From contig CAVSXF010000007.1 in NCBI GenBank assembly GCA_963731905.1, positions 2,535,830-2,599,829 of the forward strand: a stretch of DNA of 64,000 nt, in the 5' to 3' direction. Below, piece after piece: positions 21,321 to 31,374 of this stretch. Both the position numbers and the translations under genes were made by a program. How positions within the stretch are numbered: the first letter of the stretch is position 1; every line of letters starts with the position of its first letter. The DNA is from an uncultured Acidimicrobiaceae bacterium. GTDB taxonomy: Bacteria > Actinomycetota > Acidimicrobiia > Acidimicrobiales > RAAP-2. The notes beneath the pieces are model-generated. The model saw only the letters and a list, made by a program, of their open reading frames with translations, searched no databases and was not told where the DNA came from.

Positions 21321-22295
21321 TTGGCTGAGTTGGAGAACCACAAGGAAGCCAAACCTTGTGGGTTAATCTCCCAAATGGATCAGGTCAAGACTGAAAAGGA
21401 TTACTCTCCTACCACAGCGGAGACACAACGGGTTCGGACGATTGTGACTGAGAACAGTGACCATTTCGGCACGCGTCAGCCGGCGGTGCAGGCCAGCGAG
21501 CGTTCGGGGATCGCCGAATACGGGCGCATCCTCTGGGACCGCAAGTGGATCATCATCATCGTGTTCGTCATCGGCGTCGGCGGCGTGCTCGGTTACTGCG
21601 TGATCAGCGGAAAGACGTACACGGCGGAGGCCACTGTGCTGCTCGAACCTCCGGTGTCGACGCTCTTCTCGAGCCAAACGGCCAACAACGCTACAACTGC
21701 GCTCGTCAACGTGCAGGACGTCATCCAGGTCATGCAGAGCTCGTCGGTCTCCAACATCGTGTCCCGGACGATCCCCAACCCCCCCTCGGTCTCGGTCGCA
21801 CAGGTGGGAACGCTCGCAACCACCGACGTGGTGACCGTGTCCGCGTCGTCGAGCAGCCCGGAGACCGCGGCCGCCGCAGCCAACGCCTACGCCAACGCCT
21901 ACATCAACTTCGAGCGCGGCATCGACAAGGGCGTGTTCACCTCGGCCGCAACGCAGGTCTCCAACAAGCTGCAGACGGTGCAGCTGGCGATCTCCAACCT
22001 GGACAACACGATCAGGTCGACGCCGACAGGCGTCAGCCAGACCGCCGAGGAAGTGCAGCTCGGTGACCTCGAAAACCAGCAGTCCTCTTTGGAGAACCAA
22101 CTGCAGGAATACCAGTTCGCGGCTACCCAGGGCACGGACACCGAAGTCGGCCGGGTGATCTCCTCCGCCTCCGTCCCGACCAAGCCCTCGTCGCCGCACA
22201 CGATCGAATACGTGATCCTCGCGGCCATCTTCAGCCTCATCGTTGGCATCGGCCTCGCGCTGCTGGTCAACGCGATCAGCCCTCGCCGGGTGTAG
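21321..22295 (+). CDS. Polysaccharide chain-length determinant (Wzz/PCP-like) protein
   Basis: 324-aa ORF (alternative ATG at 21375). TM1 (WIIIIVFVIGVGGVLGYCVI), a periplasmic coiled-coil-like segment (LQTVQLAISNLDN, LENQQSSLENQLQEYQ), and a C-terminal TM (YVILAAIFSLIVGIGLALLV). Confidence 0.7.
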   Translation: MAELENHKEAKPCGLISQMDQVKTEKDYSPTTAETQRVRTIVTENSDHFGTRQPAVQASERSGIAEYGRILWDRKWIIIIVFVIGVGGVLGYCVISGKTYTAEATVLLEPPVSTLFSSQTANNATTALVNVQDVIQVMQSSSVSNIVSRTIPNPPSVSVAQVGTLATTDVVTVSASSSSPETAAAAANAYANAYINFERGIDKGVFTSAATQVSNKLQTVQLAISNLDNTIRSTPTGVSQTAEEVQLGDLENQQSSLENQLQEYQFAATQGTDTEVGRVISSASVPTKPSSPHTIEYVILAAIFSLIVGIGLALLVNAISPRRV

Positions 22296-22600
22296 CACCG
22301 CCGGGAGTAGCCCCCGGCTTGGGGGATCGCCCGGCGAAGCCGGCGGTGGCTCGCCGTCACGGCATACACCCGGAGCAGGGGAAACAGGAGCGCTCCGGCC
22401 CGTCCGGGTGTCCCAGCGGCTGCAACCGCAGGTCAGGGCCCGAACCGACGTTCTCCAGGGGAACGAGGAGACGGCCCGGTCGGGGGCCGGCTGGAGGCTC
22501 GGGGGTTTTCGGATTGCCGGCGCATCATCGAAGAAAGCACGAGACGCGCCGCTGGCACAGCGGGCGCCGTTGGCGCAGCGGGCGCCGTTGGCGCGGCACC

Positions 22601-24833
22601 GTGTCGTGGCGCCTGTTCATGGGGGCGTGCGCGCTCGCCATTCCGTTCTCCGCCTTCGTCGTCGGGCAGTTCGTCCCCAGCCAGCACGGTCCGGGCGGGG
22701 TGCGTCTGGCCGCGCAGCGCACGTCATCGACGCGGTCGAGTGAGCGTGGAGGTGGTCACGGGAGCCTGAAGGGCGCGGGGAACAGTTCGAAAGCTGTAGC
22801 CGCGAACGTCGCGTCGAGTGGCGCGGCAAGCGGCTCGGCGAGCAACTCGGGGCAAACCGGCGCCCCAGCGACCGGCGCGTCTTCCGGTAGCGCAACGTGG
22901 TCGCCTCAGCCCGCCGCGTACGGCACCGGATCGGTGCTCGACCAGCCGGTCACGATGGCCGACGGCACGGTGCTGAGGGCGGACGTCTACTTCCCCACAA
23001 CCGCCGGCACCACGACCGCGGCGCCGGGGCACTTCCCGGTGCTGTTGCAGCAGACGCCGTACGGCAAGGCGTTCATCGTCTACGCGGCGGCGATCGCACA
23101 GACCGACGTGAACTACCTGGTGGACCGCGGCTACATCGTGGTTGTCGCCGACGTGCGCGGCACGGGCGACTCGGGTGGCACGTTCGACCTCTTCGACCCG
23201 ACCCAGTCCACCGACGGCGCCACGCTGGCCCGCTGGGCCGCCGGCCTCCCCCTGAGCAACGGTGAGGTGGGGCTGTTCGGCGAGTCGTACATGGGCATCA
23301 ACCAGTTCCAGACCGTGGCGGCGGCTGGGAAGGGCTCGCCGATCAAGGCGATGTTCCCGATCATTGCGGGGAACGACATCTATGCCGACACCGTGACACA
23401 AGGGGGCATTCCCGATGCGGAATTCGACGCGACCTACATCGCGTTGTTGTCGGGGCTCAACCTGACCAACCCCGCGCTGCAGCCGCTGGTCGAGGCGGCG
23501 TCGAGCGGCAACACGCAGCTCCTGGCGATGGGGTTGTTGGGACTGGCGCCGGATGTGGCCGCCCACAGTCCCGTTCTGGTCGACTTCTTGAAGGAGGCGC
23601 TGGCCATCGAGACAGGCCAGGGCCCGCAGGCGTACGACGGGACGTACTGGTCCGGCGCGCAGCCCGGCAGGTGACCTGCCGGCCGTTGTCGCCGACCACA
23701 TCCCCGCCTTCTTGGTGGGCGGCTGGAACGACCTCTTCGAGTCGGGCGAGCCGATGAACTATGTCGGCCTGCAGAACCTCTACGACGGGCGGCCGCAGAC
23801 GGCCGCAATGACGGCGGGCCAGACGGTCACGCCGCGCTACCAGCTGCTCATGGGCCCGTGGCAACACGTGACGACCGGCACGGGCGTGAACATCTCGGCC
23901 CTCGAGCTCGAATGGTTCGACACCTGGCTGTTGGGCGAGCAGACGCCGCTGTCGACGACCACGACGCCGTTGCACCTCGACATCCGCAACTCGGGCCCGG
24001 ACACGGGAAGCTGGGTGGACGCCGCGGACTGGCCACTGCCGAACGCCACGCCGACCTCGTACTACTTCGGGGCCGGCTCGAGCGGGACAGATTCGGTGTC
24101 GCAGAACGACGGCACGCTGTTGCTGTCGGCGCCGACGTCGGGGACCGGATCGGACGAAGTGCTCTGGACCGGCGCGACGAGCCCGTGCGACGTCCAGACG
24201 GACCAGTGGGGCGCGGGGGCGCTCGCCTTGGGGTTCCAGTCCATCCGCACGAACGACCCATGCGATCTCAACGACGTGACACTGGGTGCGGGACCCGGAT
24301 CGCTGGTCTACACCTCGGCGCCGTTCACCTCGCCGGAAGTGCTGGCAGGCCCGATCGACGCGACGGTGTACGTGACGTCGATCACAACCGACACCGAGCT
24401 CGCGGCCACCGTCGAGGCTGTCTCGCCCACCGGCGAGAGCCTGCCGATGTCGTCGGGGGCGCTGCTGGGGTCGATGCGGGCGCTCGACGCGACCAGCACC
24501 TGGACGACGTCTTCGGGGGCCGTGCTCCGGCCGGTCCATCCCTTGACCCAAGCGTCGGCACAGCCGGTCGTGCCGGGGCAGGTGACGCGAGAGGACATCC
24601 AGGTCTTCCCGACGATGACCGAGCTACCGGCTGGCTGGCGGCTCCGGGTGACCATCACGACCGGGGACACGCCGCACCTGTATCCGTCGCTGGCCCAAGC
24701 GCCGCACCTGTTCGGCGGGATCTACAACGTGCAACGCAACGCCGAGGCGGCCTCCTCGCTGACGGTGCCGTTGGCGCCGGTGTCCGCCTTCAGCGTCCCG
24801 TGTGGGGACGTGTGTTCGCCGCAGGGGCCCTGA
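22601..24833 (+). pseudogene. Secreted CocE/NonD-family (X-Pro dipeptidyl-peptidase S15-like) hydrolase; 1 frame change near 23670-23710
   Basis: GTG at 22601. Signal-like N-terminus. Contains VVVADVRGTGDSGG, nucleophile elbow GESYMG, and a C-terminal beta-sandwich part in ORF 23712-24833 (GGWNDLFE...). Confidence 0.75.
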
Positions 24834-25132
24834 GACCTCGTTCGTCCCTCGCCTCGCGGTCGTATACGAGAACGGTCGGCAGGTCGCCGTCTGGGTGTGT
24901 ATGCGGTTTTGTTCTCGATCCGGCAGTCTCTAGAACGTCTTCCGGGCAAATACTCGATCCTCGTTATAGAAAACCCGGGATTGAGAACCCAGGCGCGTAC
25001 AGATCCTCAGCGAAGACCTGCGAGGGCAGGCATATAGCGATACGACGGATTCTCCGGGGGCCTTCAAGGGAGGGGTGGGCGCCCCGCCCCCGGGACCATT
25101 GGCATAAACGAGGGGTTAATTTCGGCGGCACC

Positions 25133-26530
25133 GTGCCCGCCTCTCCCGACGATCTACCCGCGCCTGACCAGCACTTTCGTGGATCGGCACCGGGAGGCAC
25201 GCCGGGCGGGGTGGAGGCAGAACCGGGCGGCATCTCCCTAGAGGAGATCGAGGACGCGGTCGTCGACGGGGACAGCGTCGTCCCAGCTCGGAGCGGCACG
25301 GCCCGGGCGGCGCTCTCGCACCGCACCTTCCGGATCGTCTTTCTCGGTGCGTTCGCCTCCAACGTCGGCACCTGGATGCAGAACGTGGTTCTGGGCGCCT
25401 ATGCCTACGACCTGACCCACTCGGCCACGTTCGTCGGGGTCATCATCTTCGCCCAGCTCGGGCCGACGCTGGTGCTGCCCATGGTGGGCGGCCTGCTGGC
25501 GGACAAGGTCGACCGGCGGCGCTTCCTGATCCTCCTCTCGCTCGAGCAGCTCGTGTTCTCGCTCGGCGTCGCCCTGGTCGTCGCATCGCCGCACCCTTCG
25601 CACGTCCTCCTGGTGGTGATGGTCTTGATGGTCGGGTGCGGCAGCGCGATGTTCGGACCGGCCTACTCGGCGATCCTCCCCGGGTTGGTGGGCAAGGCGG
25701 ACCTGCCCGGCGCCATTTCGCTGAACTCGGCCCAGATGAACGCGTCGAGGGTCATCGGTCCGGTCATCGGCGGGGTCCTGTACTCGCTCATCGGGCCGGG
25801 CTGGGTCTTCGTCGGCAACGCCGCGACCTATCTCTTCGTGGTGGCCGCCCTGCTGATGGTGACGTTGCCGGCGGTGCCGCAGGCGGCCGAGGGCAGCCGG
25901 TGGCGCCAGATGACGGCCGGCATCCGGGTGGCGCGGGAGGACCCGGTCGTGGGCCGCTGCCTGGTCACGGTGTTCGTGTTCTCGCTGTTGGCGCTCGCCT
26001 TCATCGGGCAGATGCCCGTGGTGGCGGCGCACAACCTCGGGATCAATCTCTCCACATCGCCCGACTACGGGATCCTCTATGCCTGCTTCGGTTTCGGTGC
26101 ACTGATCGGCGCCATCTCCATCGGCACTGTCTTCGCCCGGACCTCCAAGCCGATGCTGGTGCGAGTGTGCCTGGTCGGGTACGCGCTGACGCTGTGCGCG
26201 TTCGCGCTGGAGCGCGGCCCGCTGCCGGCGTACATCAACGTCGCGGTCACCGGCGCGTTCTACTTCGCGTTCATCACAGCGCTGAACACGACATTGCAGG
26301 CGCGCCTGGCCGAGGGGGTGCGCGGCCGGGTCATGGCGTTGTGGATGATGGGCTTCGGCGGCACGGTCGGCATCGGCAACCTGCTCGTGGGGCCCGTCGT
26401 CGAGGCCGTGGGGATCACGGACGTGCTGCTGTTCGGCGCGCTGGTGGCCCTGGTGCTGGCCTGGTACGCCGACGTGCGCCCGCCCGGCGACTCGGTTCAG
26501 GTCGTGCTGGGCGCGGAGCTCGCCCAGTAG
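25133..26530 (+). CDS. MFS transporter (EntS/MFS_3-like)
   Basis: This is the hydrophobic C-terminal 460 aa of ORF 23858-26530. In-frame GTG starts occur at 25133 or 25211. About 12 TM helices; the motif GGLLADKVDRRR follows TM2. Confidence 0.75.
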   Translation: MPASPDDLPAPDQHFRGSAPGGTPGGVEAEPGGISLEEIEDAVVDGDSVVPARSGTARAALSHRTFRIVFLGAFASNVGTWMQNVVLGAYAYDLTHSATFVGVIIFAQLGPTLVLPMVGGLLADKVDRRRFLILLSLEQLVFSLGVALVVASPHPSHVLLVVMVLMVGCGSAMFGPAYSAILPGLVGKADLPGAISLNSAQMNASRVIGPVIGGVLYSLIGPGWVFVGNAATYLFVVAALLMVTLPAVPQAAEGSRWRQMTAGIRVAREDPVVGRCLVTVFVFSLLALAFIGQMPVVAAHNLGINLSTSPDYGILYACFGFGALIGAISIGTVFARTSKPMLVRVCLVGYALTLCAFALERGPLPAYINVAVTGAFYFAFITALNTTLQARLAEGVRGRVMALWMMGFGGTVGIGNLLVGPVVEAVGITDVLLFGALVALVLAWYADVRPPGDSVQVVLGAELAQ

Positions 26531-28107
26531 GCGTCGCGGAGGGGCTTCTTGTAGAGCTTGCCGTTGTCGCCCCGCGGGAGCTCGTCGACGAAGTCGACCG
26601 TCTTCGGGCACTTGTAGTGCGAGAGGTGCTCGCGGCAGAAGGCGATGATCTCCTGCTCGAGCTCGGGGCCCGGCGTGATGCCGGGAGCGGGCTGGACGAC
26701 CGCCTTGACCTCCTCGCCCATCTCGGGCTCGGGGACGCCGAAGACGGCGACGTCTTCGACGGCGGGATGGAGCACCAGGACGGCCTCGATCTCCTGGGGG
26801 TAGATGTTGACGCCACCCGACACGATCATGAACTGCTTGCGATCGGTCAGGTAGAGGAAGCCATCTTCGTCGAGGTGGCCGACGTCCCACAGCGTGGCCC
26901 AGCCCTTGTCGTTGAAGGACTGGCGCGTCTTCTCGGGGTCGTTGTTGTACTCGAAAGTCACGCCGGCCCGGCTGCTCCCGGTGCCGAAGTACACGACGCC
27001 GTCCTCGCCCGGCGCGAGGTCCTCGCCGTCCTCGCCGCAGACGTGCGCCTCGCCCCAGATGCACCGACCGACGGAGCCCGGGTGCGTGAGCGCCTCCTCG
27101 GAGGTGATCCAGGTCAGGCCGAGGCCTTCGGTGCCCGAGTAGTACTCGTGGATGATCGGGCCCCACCACTCGATCATCCGCTTCTTGACCTCCGGGGCGC
27201 AGGGCGCGGCGGCGTGCACGACGGAACGCAGCGACGTGACGTCGTGGGCGGCCCGTTGTTCGTCGGTGAGCTTGAGCATGCGGACGAACATGGTCGGCAC
27301 GAACTGCGCGTGGGTCACCTTGTGCTGGTCGATGAGCTCGAGGGCGCGCGTGGGGTCGAATCGATCCATGAGGACGACGGTGCCGCCCATGCGCTGGATG
27401 GTCATCGACCACACGAGCGGCGCCGAGTGGTAGAGGGGCGCAGGGCTGAGGTAGACGTCGCCCTCCTTGAAGCCCATGATGCCGTCGAGCATCGGCACCA
27501 GCGTGGCCGAGGTGCCGAAGGGCTGGTGCGTGAGGGCGCGGCGGACGCCCTTGGGGTGCCCGGTGGTGCCCGACGAGTACAGCATGGCGAAACCCTCGAG
27601 CTCGTCATCGAGGGGCGTGCCGGGGTGGGGCGCGACGAACTCGTCGTAGTCGGTGTGCTTGTCGGGGACCGGCCCGTAGCCGACGACGAGGCGGAGGTCG
27701 ATGGCGGGCGTAAGGGGGATCATGTTGGCCGACAATGTCTTGAGGCCCGCGCTCGTGATGAGGGTGCGTGCGCCGCAGTCCTCGACGATGTAGGCCGCCT
27801 CCTCCGCCGTCAGGTGCGTGTTGACCATCGTGTAGTAGAGGCCGGCGCGCTGGAGCCCGAACACCACCTCGTGGGCGCGCTCGTCGTTGAGCATGAGCAC
27901 GGCGACGTGATCCCCCTCGCGGAGGCCGTGGGCGTGGAGCGCCTGCGCCAGCCGGCAGGAGCGCTCCTCGAGCTCGGCGAAGGTGACGGTCTTCCCGGCG
28001 GCGGTGATGACGGCCGGGCGGTCGGGATGGGTGGCGGCGTAGGTGCCGGGGCGAAAGCGCGTCGCTGGTGCGTCGGGTGGGGGGGCTGGTGCGGGGGCGG
28101 GGCTCAC
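26497..28107 (-). CDS. Acyl-CoA synthetase / AMP-binding enzyme (FadD-like)
   Basis: In-frame GTG at 28107. Contains YSSGTTGHPKGV, YSGTEG, GDVGHLDEDGFLYLTDRKQFMIVSGGVNIYPQEIE and PRGDNGKLYKK. Intact over 1.6 kb. Confidence 0.85.
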   Translation of the reverse strand: MSPAPAPAPPPDAPATRFRPGTYAATHPDRPAVITAAGKTVTFAELEERSCRLAQALHAHGLREGDHVAVLMLNDERAHEVVFGLQRAGLYYTMVNTHLTAEEAAYIVEDCGARTLITSAGLKTLSANMIPLTPAIDLRLVVGYGPVPDKHTDYDEFVAPHPGTPLDDELEGFAMLYSSGTTGHPKGVRRALTHQPFGTSATLVPMLDGIMGFKEGDVYLSPAPLYHSAPLVWSMTIQRMGGTVVLMDRFDPTRALELIDQHKVTHAQFVPTMFVRMLKLTDEQRAAHDVTSLRSVVHAAAPCAPEVKKRMIEWWGPIIHEYYSGTEGLGLTWITSEEALTHPGSVGRCIWGEAHVCGEDGEDLAPGEDGVVYFGTGSSRAGVTFEYNNDPEKTRQSFNDKGWATLWDVGHLDEDGFLYLTDRKQFMIVSGGVNIYPQEIEAVLVLHPAVEDVAVFGVPEPEMGEEVKAVVQPAPGITPGPELEQEIIAFCREHLSHYKCPKTVDFVDELPRGDNGKLYKKPLRDAYWASSAPSTT

Positions 28108-28257
28108 GGCCTCATCTTCTAGTCGACGGGCTGCGGGACGCGCACAGAGGTTCGTGCTTCGGATCCTTCGGACGGTTCGGACGGTTCGGACAGCCGGGGG
28201 TTCGAACGGCGTCTGGTACTCTCGTCGCTCCGGGCGGGCGGCGGCACGACACGTGCT

Positions 28258-29478
28258 GTGCGACTGACGGCCGCCCGGCCGAACGCCGTGACCACGCGTA
28301 CCTTCTGCACAGTCCTCTCGACGAACTACCTGCCCAAGGCGCTCGCGCTCGGCGAGAGCCTGCGACGCCACGAGGACGGCGCCCGGCTCAAGATCCTCTT
28401 CATCGACCACGCGGACGACGAAGGCCTGCCGCAGCTCGAGGGCGTCGACTGCCTGAGCACGGCGTTCCTCGGGCTGCCCCGCCGCACGGTCATGGAACTG
28501 GTCATGTCGTACGACCTCGTCGAGTTCGCAACCGCGATCAAGCCGCTCCTGTTCAAGCAATTGTTGCGTGACGCGGACCAGGTCTTCTACCTGGACCCGG
28601 ACACGTACGTGGTCTCGCCCATGGCCGAGCTGTCGCCCGCGTTGTCCGCGTCTGAGGGTGGCATCTTGTTGACACCGCACTTCCTGCGGCCACCGCCGCG
28701 CGACGCTGAGATCACCGACGGCCACATGTTGCTGGTGGGCGTCAACAATCTCGGATTCGGTGGGTTCGATCGGCGCTCCTCCGACATGCTCGACTGGTGG
28801 TGGGGGCATCTGCGGACCGAGTGCCTCTACGATCCGCTGGCGGGATTGTTCGTCGACCAGAAGTGGATGGACATCGGCGCCACGTTGTTCGGCGCAGCGT
28901 CATTCCGGCACGCGGGCTACAACGTCGGCGTCGCGAATCTGTCCGAGCGCCCCCTGGCCCAGGACGCCGACGGGTACTACATCGCGGGATACGGCGACAG
29001 GTTGCGCCTGTTCCACTTCCATGCGTTCGACTCGAGCACGCCGGAAAAGCTCTCGGTGCGCTTCCGCCACACGACAGAGAACGAATTGACGGACGAGAGC
29101 GCGGTGCTCCAGCTGTGCAAGGAGTACGCCGACATCCTCGTCGGATACGAGCAGAGTCTTCCGCCGGCTGAGCCGTACCCGTACTGGTTCGACACCCGGG
29201 GTCGCCGGATCTCTCGCCAGCTTCGCCGGGCCTACGGCCGGGAGACGCAGACCAGCGCGAGCCCTCTCCCCTCGCCCTTCGAGCCGTCCGAGGCCGACGC
29301 CTACGAACGCTGGCGCCGGCAGGCCTGGCGGCCGATCGCCCGGGGGTTGATCGGTGAGACAGCCAAGTGCGTCCGCATCGTCATCCCCGAGGCGTACGAA
29401 CAGGTGCGCAAGCGGTTCCCGAAGTTGACCAGCAAGTTGAACGAACGCTTCTCCGGCGGAGCGGGCAGCTGGGGCTGA
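28258..29478 (+). CDS. Putative nucleotide-sugar-dependent glycosyltransferase (GT-A-like; family not identified)
   Basis: 406 aa, intact. The N-terminal TFCTVLSTNYLPKALALGESL and the YLDPDTYV (DxD-like) motif resemble GT8-like/GT-A transferases. The assignment is weak. Confidence 0.45.
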   Translation: MRLTAARPNAVTTRTFCTVLSTNYLPKALALGESLRRHEDGARLKILFIDHADDEGLPQLEGVDCLSTAFLGLPRRTVMELVMSYDLVEFATAIKPLLFKQLLRDADQVFYLDPDTYVVSPMAELSPALSASEGGILLTPHFLRPPPRDAEITDGHMLLVGVNNLGFGGFDRRSSDMLDWWWGHLRTECLYDPLAGLFVDQKWMDIGATLFGAASFRHAGYNVGVANLSERPLAQDADGYYIAGYGDRLRLFHFHAFDSSTPEKLSVRFRHTTENELTDESAVLQLCKEYADILVGYEQSLPPAEPYPYWFDTRGRRISRQLRRAYGRETQTSASPLPSPFEPSEADAYERWRRQAWRPIARGLIGETAKCVRIVIPEAYEQVRKRFPKLTSKLNERFSGGAGSWG

Positions 29479-29505
29479 TGGCCTGCTGAGCCGGCCCGCC
29501 CACGC

Positions 29506-30246
29506 TCAGTACTCCGAGGGTGGGTACCCCAGCTTCGCGATCAACCCCGGCACGACCTGCTCGAGTGCGAGGTAGTGCTCGGGCTTGAACAGCTCCTGAT
29601 AGCTCTGGCGGCGCACGCGGTAGTGCGATTCCGAGCTCGGGTCGGCGCGCTCGGCCAAGTCCCTCTTCTGCAAGGCCTCACGTGAGGTCTCGGTAAGGAC
29701 CCGGTCCAGTTCGGACTGCGAGAGCTCCACCTCGCAGTGGTCCAGCATGCCTTTCACTGCAGCGGCGTGGTCGGCGGCTATGTCCTCCAGGCGCCACGTG
29801 GCGACGCTCGGGTCCTTTTCCTCGACCCCGACCCACGTCGCCATGTCACGCAGGTGGCCTTCTCCGTTCTTGAGGAGCCAGAGCAACTGGTCGTCGAGCG
29901 ATTTCCCGTCCAACGCGGCCTCGATCTCACGCGCGTTCCTGAGACGGCGGTGCGTGAACGTGGAGCCGTACGCCGAAACCACGATGTCGCGCGGATCACG
30001 AAAGACGTACACCATGCGGTGGGGAAGCGGCTTGGGCATCGCCTGATACTGGTCGTAGGAGATGTAGAGACCCGGCACGAAGGTCCCGCCGGGGAAGCCG
30101 CGCAGCGGATGCTCCCAGTACGCCAGTTGGGGAAGGGTGAACAACCCGGTGTGGGAGCGGACAACCGGATGGTCGAACAACGCCTTGGCCCACTGGCTCC
30201 CCGACTTGGGGCACGAACCGGTGAAGATGTTCGCCACTTCGGGCAT
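29506..30246 (-). CDS. Sulfotransferase (PAPS-dependent family)
   Basis: The 5'-PSB loop PKSGSQW and the 3'-PB motif RDPRDIVVS are both present. 246 aa, intact. Confidence 0.8.
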   Translation of the reverse strand: MPEVANIFTGSCPKSGSQWAKALFDHPVVRSHTGLFTLPQLAYWEHPLRGFPGGTFVPGLYISYDQYQAMPKPLPHRMVYVFRDPRDIVVSAYGSTFTHRRLRNAREIEAALDGKSLDDQLLWLLKNGEGHLRDMATWVGVEEKDPSVATWRLEDIAADHAAAVKGMLDHCEVELSQSELDRVLTETSREALQKRDLAERADPSSESHYRVRRQSYQELFKPEHYLALEQVVPGLIAKLGYPPSEY

Positions 30247-30411
30247 TGTCCCGCGCGCCCGTAGAACTTCAGCCGCGGCCGCGGGCCGCGAGATGCGCGA
30301 CGTACTTGAGGGAGTTACGAGCCGGTTGCCACTGGACGGCGCGTGTGACCTGAGTGCGGATGGTCCCCTCTTTCCCGGCCACTTCCGACGTCGTCATGCG
30401 GTTCGGCAGCC

Positions 30412-31272
30412 CTACGCCTTCCTGCGCCAGTAGGCCCCGAAGCCGTCGATGTCCACGATCTCCTCGTCGATCCCGTTGGCTTTGCGGTAGTCGATGATGG
30501 CCTGGCCGGCCTGGGACTGGTGGCTCCCGAAGTCGTCGACGATGCAGAAGCCGCCTGGTGAGAGCTTGGGATAGAGGGCCTCGATCGCCTGCCACGTCGA
30601 CTCGTACATGTCGCCATCGAGACGCATGACCGAGAGGCTTTCGATGGGGGCGACCGGCAGGGTGTCTTTGAACCATCCCACCAGGAACTTGACCTTGTCG
30701 TCGAGCACCCCGTAACGCTCGAAGTTGTGACGCACCTGGTCCGCGCCGACGCCGAGGCCGCCGCGGGTGTGGAGGTCGTCACCCTGGTCGGCCGGGTACA
30801 GGCTGGCGTTGGGCGGGGGCAGGCCCTCGAAGGAGTCGGCCACCCAGACCGTACGGGTGGTGTCGCCCCGGGCGGCGAGGTTCGCCTTCATGAAGATGCA
30901 AGCGCCCCCCCGCCAGACCCCGGCCTCGATGAGGTCGCCCGGCACATCGTCGTCGAGCACGGTCTGGACACAGTCCTGGATGTTGTCCATCCGCCGCAGC
31001 CCGATCATCGACTCGGCCCGGGCCGGCCAGTCCCGACCAACCTCACGCTGGGCCGCGTCGTACGGCTTCTTGTAGACGATCTCGAGGTTCATACGGGCGG
31101 CGAGCTTGCCGGCGGTGTTCGCGGCGCGACGCTTCAGCGAGGTCGAGCCCGCCGTCCGCACGCCGCCCAAGATGCTGTCGTTGTCCTCCGCCAGCGCGCC
31201 CGTCAGGCTGCGCTTGAGCAAGTCGAGGTACAGACGGGTGGACTCGCTCGTCTGCTCCACCGGCACGGGCAC
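30412..31272 (-). CDS. TylF/MycF-family O-methyltransferase (macrocin O-methyltransferase-like)
   Basis: Contains GDLIEAGVWRGGACIFM, FEGLPPP and MRLDGDMYEST, characteristic of the TylF family. 286 aa, intact. Confidence 0.85.
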   Translation of the reverse strand: MPVPVEQTSESTRLYLDLLKRSLTGALAEDNDSILGGVRTAGSTSLKRRAANTAGKLAARMNLEIVYKKPYDAAQREVGRDWPARAESMIGLRRMDNIQDCVQTVLDDDVPGDLIEAGVWRGGACIFMKANLAARGDTTRTVWVADSFEGLPPPNASLYPADQGDDLHTRGGLGVGADQVRHNFERYGVLDDKVKFLVGWFKDTLPVAPIESLSVMRLDGDMYESTWQAIEALYPKLSPGGFCIVDDFGSHQSQAGQAIIDYRKANGIDEEIVDIDGFGAYWRRKA

Positions 31273-31374
31273 AGAATAGCAGTCGCCGAAATGGACTCCG
31301 AAGGCCGCGTCGGCCCGTTCGCCGGCGCAGGCGGACCCGCGTGCGGTGCCCCTGGCCGCATGAGGGCCCCTCCG

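Noticed and set aside
22547-22600. About 2.7 copies of an 18-nt unit (CAGCGGGCGCCGTTGGCG) just upstream of the CocE/NonD start.
   Set aside because: It is too short, with no spacers, for a CRISPR array, and it has no dyad symmetry. A local slippage duplication in a leader region is the most likely explanation. I cannot attach a function.
28163-28212. A triple TTCGGACGG direct repeat followed by GGGGGTTCGAACGG, which superficially resembles a tRNA T-arm.
   Set aside because: There is no complementary 3' half for the T-stem, no acceptor stem and no anticodon arm. The repeat is too short and has no spacers, so it is not CRISPR. It is probably just promoter-region sequence between two divergent genes.
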